Shown here: positions 58,993 to 64,000 of the stretch, one piece after another
Position numbering within the stretch: the stretch's first letter is position 1
Layout of the letters: each line of letters begins with the position of its first letter
From: Bacteroidia bacterium
GTDB lineage: Bacteria; Bacteroidota; Bacteroidia; NS11-12g; UBA9320
DNA length: 64,000 nt
NCBI GenBank assembly: GCA_965216465.1
Contig: CBDCFW010000005.1
Span: 608,001 to 672,000, forward strand
Direction of reading: 5' to 3'
The notes under the pieces: generated by a model
Database searches by the model: none
What the model saw: the letters and a program-made list of their open reading frames with translations, nothing else
Told to the model about the DNA's origin: nothing
Program-made: the position numbers and the translations under genes

Positions 58993-59642
58993 ATGACAGA
59001 GAGAAGAATTGATTGGCTGTATCACAGCCTAAGTTTAATTGTAGTTTTCATAGGCATCACAGCTGGATTTGTGCTGCAAAATAGGAAGGATGCAAAAGCA
59101 GATAGACTCCAGGAGAAAAGATACTTTGAGGTTTTGTGACTGAAATGGAGCAGGACGCAGAAAGTCTTCAAGACTATATCACAAATGACAGCACATGGTT
59201 CAAAGCCCAATACCCCAAAATCATATTGCTTGCAAAAGATTCGTTAAGTGAGGATTCAGCAATTGCACTCGTACAATCTATGCTTATGTTCTCAGAATTT
59301 AAGCCTCACAATGGAACATACACCAATATTATTAACTCAGGAGATCTAGGATTAATTCATGATTATCAGATTAGGGAACATGTGGTTGATTACTACAAAA
59401 CTACCACTGACTATCAACTTATAGATGAATACTTTCACAAGTTCAATACCGAAACTTTGATGCCCTATTTAGTTGAACACTATGATATTGTGTTAAATCA
59501 GTTTGCGAACCCAAACGGACACAAAGATCATCGTTTTAAAAATGTAGCGGTTGGATTTATGGCTTATAAACAACAGCGGTATGAAGGATTTTCTGAACTT
59601 TTAGAAGTCTGTGAGAAGACGTTATCCGTTTTAAAAGAATGA
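58993..59642 (+). CDS. DUF6090-like single-TM protein with a -1 frameshift
   Basis: MTERRIDWLYHSLSLIVVFIGITAGFVLQNRKD...EKRYFE from ATG 58993 joins FVTEMEQD... if one base is added near 59130. Later motif TYTNIINSGDLGLI...IREHVVDYY. Length is 650 nt (3n+2). Confidence 0.7.
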
Positions 59643-59654
59643 AAGATTCAAACA

Positions 59655-62600
59655 CTACCCATGTATTTGAGCTAGTATGGTCGGGTCTTTTATCTTATCA
59701 TCGTTTGAAAGCATACGCATCTTCGAAATAATTTCCGCAGACTTGGGATCGTCATCAACAAAAGGCAAAAATACTCGACCTCGATGTTGGCTGTGTACTG
59801 GAATAATTGATAAATGCAATCCTTGCTTTTGAATTAACCCACTGCCTAAATGAATACTGTAACTCCCTAGTTTGCCATCAATCTTGATATGCCTATCCGT
59901 AAACTCAACATTATTTAATTTAAATAATCTGGCACTTTCTTTAGCCAACACGGCACGCATTTCCATGCTCGAATGACTTGCTTCTGGATCAACAGCACCC
60001 ACATGGGCCACACTAACAACCAAGTCTATATCGCGCATCACCTCACTAAAAATTAAGGGGTCTACATCCTCAAGTTTTAAAGGTTTACCTAGTTTTTGAT
60101 CATAGAACTCAACAGTTTCAAGCGTTGGTGATTCAATTTCTGAAGGTGAGAACCAATCAGCCATGGAGTAAACCGTGGCCATAATTTTCTTGTTGTGATA
60201 GACCTTTTGTAAGCCTTCTTCGTAGCTTACCGTCCAAGCCCTAGAACGCAACAAAGCTACCGTCTTTTTAGCCTGTACTTGATGCCCTTGATAGCGATTT
60301 GATGCATTGCCACTTTCTTGCTCATTTTCAGTAATTAAATATAGCTCCCGGAAAATCTGCTTGAAAGGTTGCACCAATCGTTTTTCAAAAGCATGACGTT
60401 GATACAGATCCCACGATACCGAACGGTATAAATGCACCGGGTGTGCAATTATCAATTTATCTACCTCCGTTAAAGATAATGGCTTATTCTCCAGGTCTTC
60501 AACACGCTGATTGACCCAATACCCTGCTTGTCCAGATTCGGGGTGAAACAAAACCAACTTACTCAGCATGGCTTTCACCACCGGATGTGTCATCAGCTTG
60601 GCTATCTCAATTACGGTAAACTGATCACCATTCAGCATGGCATTTTCGAGTGACTTTCGCGTTCTATTGTACTGCTTTCTGAGATAGGTTTTATTCTTCT
60701 TAAGTTTCTCTAAATCTTTATCCTTTTTATACTTGGCTGGTATAGATTTTTGCTTCTTATCACCTTTTTGAACTAAGATCTCAGCTTTACCAAGGTCATC
60801 TACACGAAGCTCAAAAGTCACATCATCTTTCTTTAGCACCGAAGCTGCCATAATCTCCTCCATCGCCTTGGTTTCCATAGCCCAAGAAAATCGTGTGCGA
60901 TCAGCGTAACCTGCATTTCGAGCAAGATTATCAAGCGAGATTTCTACTGCTTTAGCTTCACTTTCTCTTCGCTGAGCACCAAACTGTTTGCTTTCAACTA
61001 AAAATGTTTGAAGTAAATCGTAACGCTTCAACACATCTTTTTCAGGATTACTTTTACTTAGTGAAATTAGCCCAAGAGCCTTAACATAATCTTTGTCTCT
61101 TTTCTCCTTAACCTTCTTTAAGGTCTCAGTAATTTTCACTTCGCCTAACATTACACTTGAGTACAATTTCACTTGTCGATGAGCGTTTCCGTCTGATATA
61201 TACTTTGCAGCATTGTGCAATACGGTCCAGTTTTTCTTTCCAATTGCACCGTAAGCCTCATGGAACCAATTGATATCTAATGCTCCATTTTCAAAATCTT
61301 GACTTTCGATTTGCGAGTAGCGTGCTACAATAGTTTCTTTTTCCGAGTTCATATAATCAGAAGCATGGGCATGAAACCACCAAACCGCTTTTTCGAGGGA
61401 TTTAATTTTTAAAAGCTCGCCTACGGGTTCTGCCCATTGTGGACAGTACATTGCTAGCTCAAGCCAGCGTTTACTCGTTATCTTTGATTGCTTTGCCTCA
61501 CGAATAAAATCTCCAACATCCTCATTTTCAGCCATTACAGATTTTTTCACCATTTGGCTAAACATATCTTTTGCCGACTTATCTCCACGGTAATAATACC
61601 CTCTACTAAAAGTATCTTTTCCAAGTCTATTTAGCATCTCGATGAGGTACTGAACTCCTTCTATACTATTCAAGCTAGACACATAATTGGTAGCTTCAGT
61701 AGCTACATCACCTCTTTTTAGCTCAATATCGAGCCATGTCTTTTTTTAGCGGTTCATACAAGTTTTTTTGATGCAATGTGAGAGTGGCTTCAGATCTGTT
61801 TGCTCTTCCTTCAAACTCATTCAAAACCGAATCGTCGATTAATGCCTGATAAAGCAGATCATCGTCGGAAATTAAACCTTCTTTGTGCAACGCTAGGGTA
61901 ACCCAGCTTGGCGGCATTTGTTCTGATCCGTGATAGTAACTACTTTGAGGTCTACGAACAGCCATTTCATTTACATTTAGCAGTTTTTTACGATGGCGTT
62001 GATCTACAAAGTACAAATAGCGTTTGAGGTCCCAATAGCGTTTCAACTTAGGAAGATCGTTTTTAATTTCTGTTAATCCGCTTGGGCTCGTGGGTAGATT
62101 TGACTCTAGAAAAACTGCCCAAGACATTTTCTCATTGTCCCATCCATATTCAATTGTAGTTCTCTTTAACCGGTCATCGGCATGAGCAATTGCAGATTCT
62201 AATAAATCGACATTAAACCTTGCCATTGTATTATGGTCGGCAAAGGCGTTATAAACAAAGGTCAATAGACTATCTACTCTGTTTTTCAAACTATTCCAGT
62301 AGTAGGCATTACGAGCAGGAATCTTTAACCCACTGATGGTGGGCACAAACCTTGACAAAAGCGTGCGATAATATTTCCGCTGATCTGATCCTGAATGCAT
62401 TTCATTGATATAGTGGATGGCCATAGACAATTCGAAATCGTTGAGTTTTGAATTTCGATACCATTCTTGCCATACCTCTGGCAGTGGTAACAATTCAAAC
62501 ACTTCTTCAGGTTCTAAGTTTTCAATCTTGTTGTGGCGAAGATGAAATCCATCTCCAATTAATGTTGTCTCTGTAGAACCATCCCAGCCTTCGTAAGTAT

Positions 62601-64000
62601 ATTCATGATTTTTATGCTTTTCAATAAGGTCAATTAACCCATTCACCTCTTTTTTTATCTTTTTTGAATCAATCAATTCACCAAACAGAAAAGCTGGATT
62701 GAAACTCTCCATCAATTTGCCAAACAAGCCAGGTTTTTTACTCTTAAAAGGGTCAGAAATGGTTATCAGTGGACTAAGATTGGCATAGTCAATTACTCCA
62801 TAACCATTTGCAAAGTTTTTGTTCGATTTCTTCTTTACTACAAGTTTATCAAGGTAGATTTGCTCGTTCTCTCCAAAGTTTTTATGTGTGTCAATGTAGG
62901 CTATCGCTTGCTGCTCCACATAACTTGACATCTTGTTTGCACTTTTTAGTTGAGTAAGGATTTCGAGTCCACCCATGCGTTGATTAATGTTTCCAGACTC
63001 AAGCAATGCAGTAGAACAATATTTAATACTGCTATCTCCCTGTTTTAACATGAGATTCAGGGTATCCCGCCTTACATCTTTACCCTTACGGGTGAGTAAT
63101 CCTATTAGCACATCGAGATCTTCCTCTTCGACGCGAGTCAAATGATAAAGAACATTAAACGCTGTGGACCGAACGGTCTCATTTCGATCTTTCAATGCCT
63201 GCCAAACCAACTTTTTTTTCCATGTATTAGATGGTATGTGAATTGATTTAAATTTCCTATCGTTCGCATAGCGCAACGACCAAACGTTGTGGTCTGGAAA
63301 TATCTTTCTAATGTAAGACTCACGCACTTCGGACGGTATAGATGCTAATTCTGCACTCATTTCTTCAAGTTGCTTATCATTGGCATGTTGAACCGCGATT
63401 TGGTAGAAATAATCTGACTTGATTTTATAATCTATCCATGAAAATCCGCTTCCTGTTACCTGCTTTCCTGCTTTAGGAACGCTGGTAGCTATATCTATGA
63501 GCTGACCAACAAGTTCCTGTTTCCAGCTGCTTTTAGGAATAAGTTGAACAATGAGGTAGTCCAGCTCTAAATCTTTGCCAATATTCTCTACCATCCAGTC
63601 GAGTAGAACGGTATTGGTTCTACCTGTTCTTTGCATGAAGTAGCAGGCTATAATCTTTTTCTCTCGACTAGCATTCTGAATTAAATCGATGGCCTTTAAA
63701 TTGGCCTCGTCTACATTTAAAATTCCCATGCTCCATAAAGCGATATACACTTCGAGATTATCATTGCTCTGTAAAGCCTTTATAGCATCTTTTTGAGACA
63801 ACATAAAATTAAGTGCCAACTCCAGACAACGTTTCACGGTCGCTTTTTTAGGTGCCTCCCAATGAAAACCAAACCATTCATCTATCTCCATAATTACTGA
63901 ACTAAATCGTTGAAGGTCATTATCCAGTATAACTTTCATGAAATAAGCAAGAGCTTTTGGTGAAGCTTCTTTCAGGTTTGCTATTATGGTTTGACGAAGT
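59655..64000 (-). CDS. DUF4132/DUF5724-type large protein, 5' end outside the window, +1 frameshift at the 7-base run 61741-61747
   Basis: The two ORF-track pieces join as YEPLKK-TWLDIELKRGDVATEATNYVSSL if one A is removed. Motifs LRQTI, RFSSV, ESKQFGAQRR.SE, SLENAM, IAHPVHL, QPFKQIFRELY, FSEVMRDIDLVVSVAH and GRVFLPFVDDDP. Confidence 0.85.

Overview
This AT-rich window looks like a Bacteroidota chromosome segment. The evidence is several T9SS C-terminal sorting domains, a GldM-like gene, TAnnTTTG-type promoters and TonB-dependent receptors with N-terminal carboxypeptidase-like domains. It is an accessory region dominated by secreted and surface proteins: five type-A and one type-B T9SS substrates, a beta-helix 'tail fibre' with a peptidase-S74 chaperone, two TonB-dependent receptors, and lipoprotein hydrolases (GH10, alpha/beta fold). 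It also carries a hybrid kinase-Hpt-OmpR phosphorelay, a HipAB toxin-antitoxin pair, a MATE pump, two cold-shock genes and a partial DUF4132-type giant protein. I found no rRNA, tRNA, CRISPR array, integrase or transposase. The main leads are: (1) a 1010-aa fusion of an apparently intact DUF900-like alpha/beta hydrolase to an LpxR-like lipid A deacylase barrel, echoed by two nearby ATGA-coupled lipoprotein-hydrolase plus small-barrel pairs; (2) a phosphorelay bracketed by matching 10-bp tandem-repeat arrays that point at a kelch T9SS gene and at a T9SS plus S74-fibre operon; (3) an orphan lipoprotein GldM paralogue; (4) a membrane-embedded amidohydrolase; (5) a structured cspA leader. Three genes carry single-base frameshifts in mononucleotide runs, most simply explained as assembly errors. 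All family calls come from motif recognition by eye, with no database searches.
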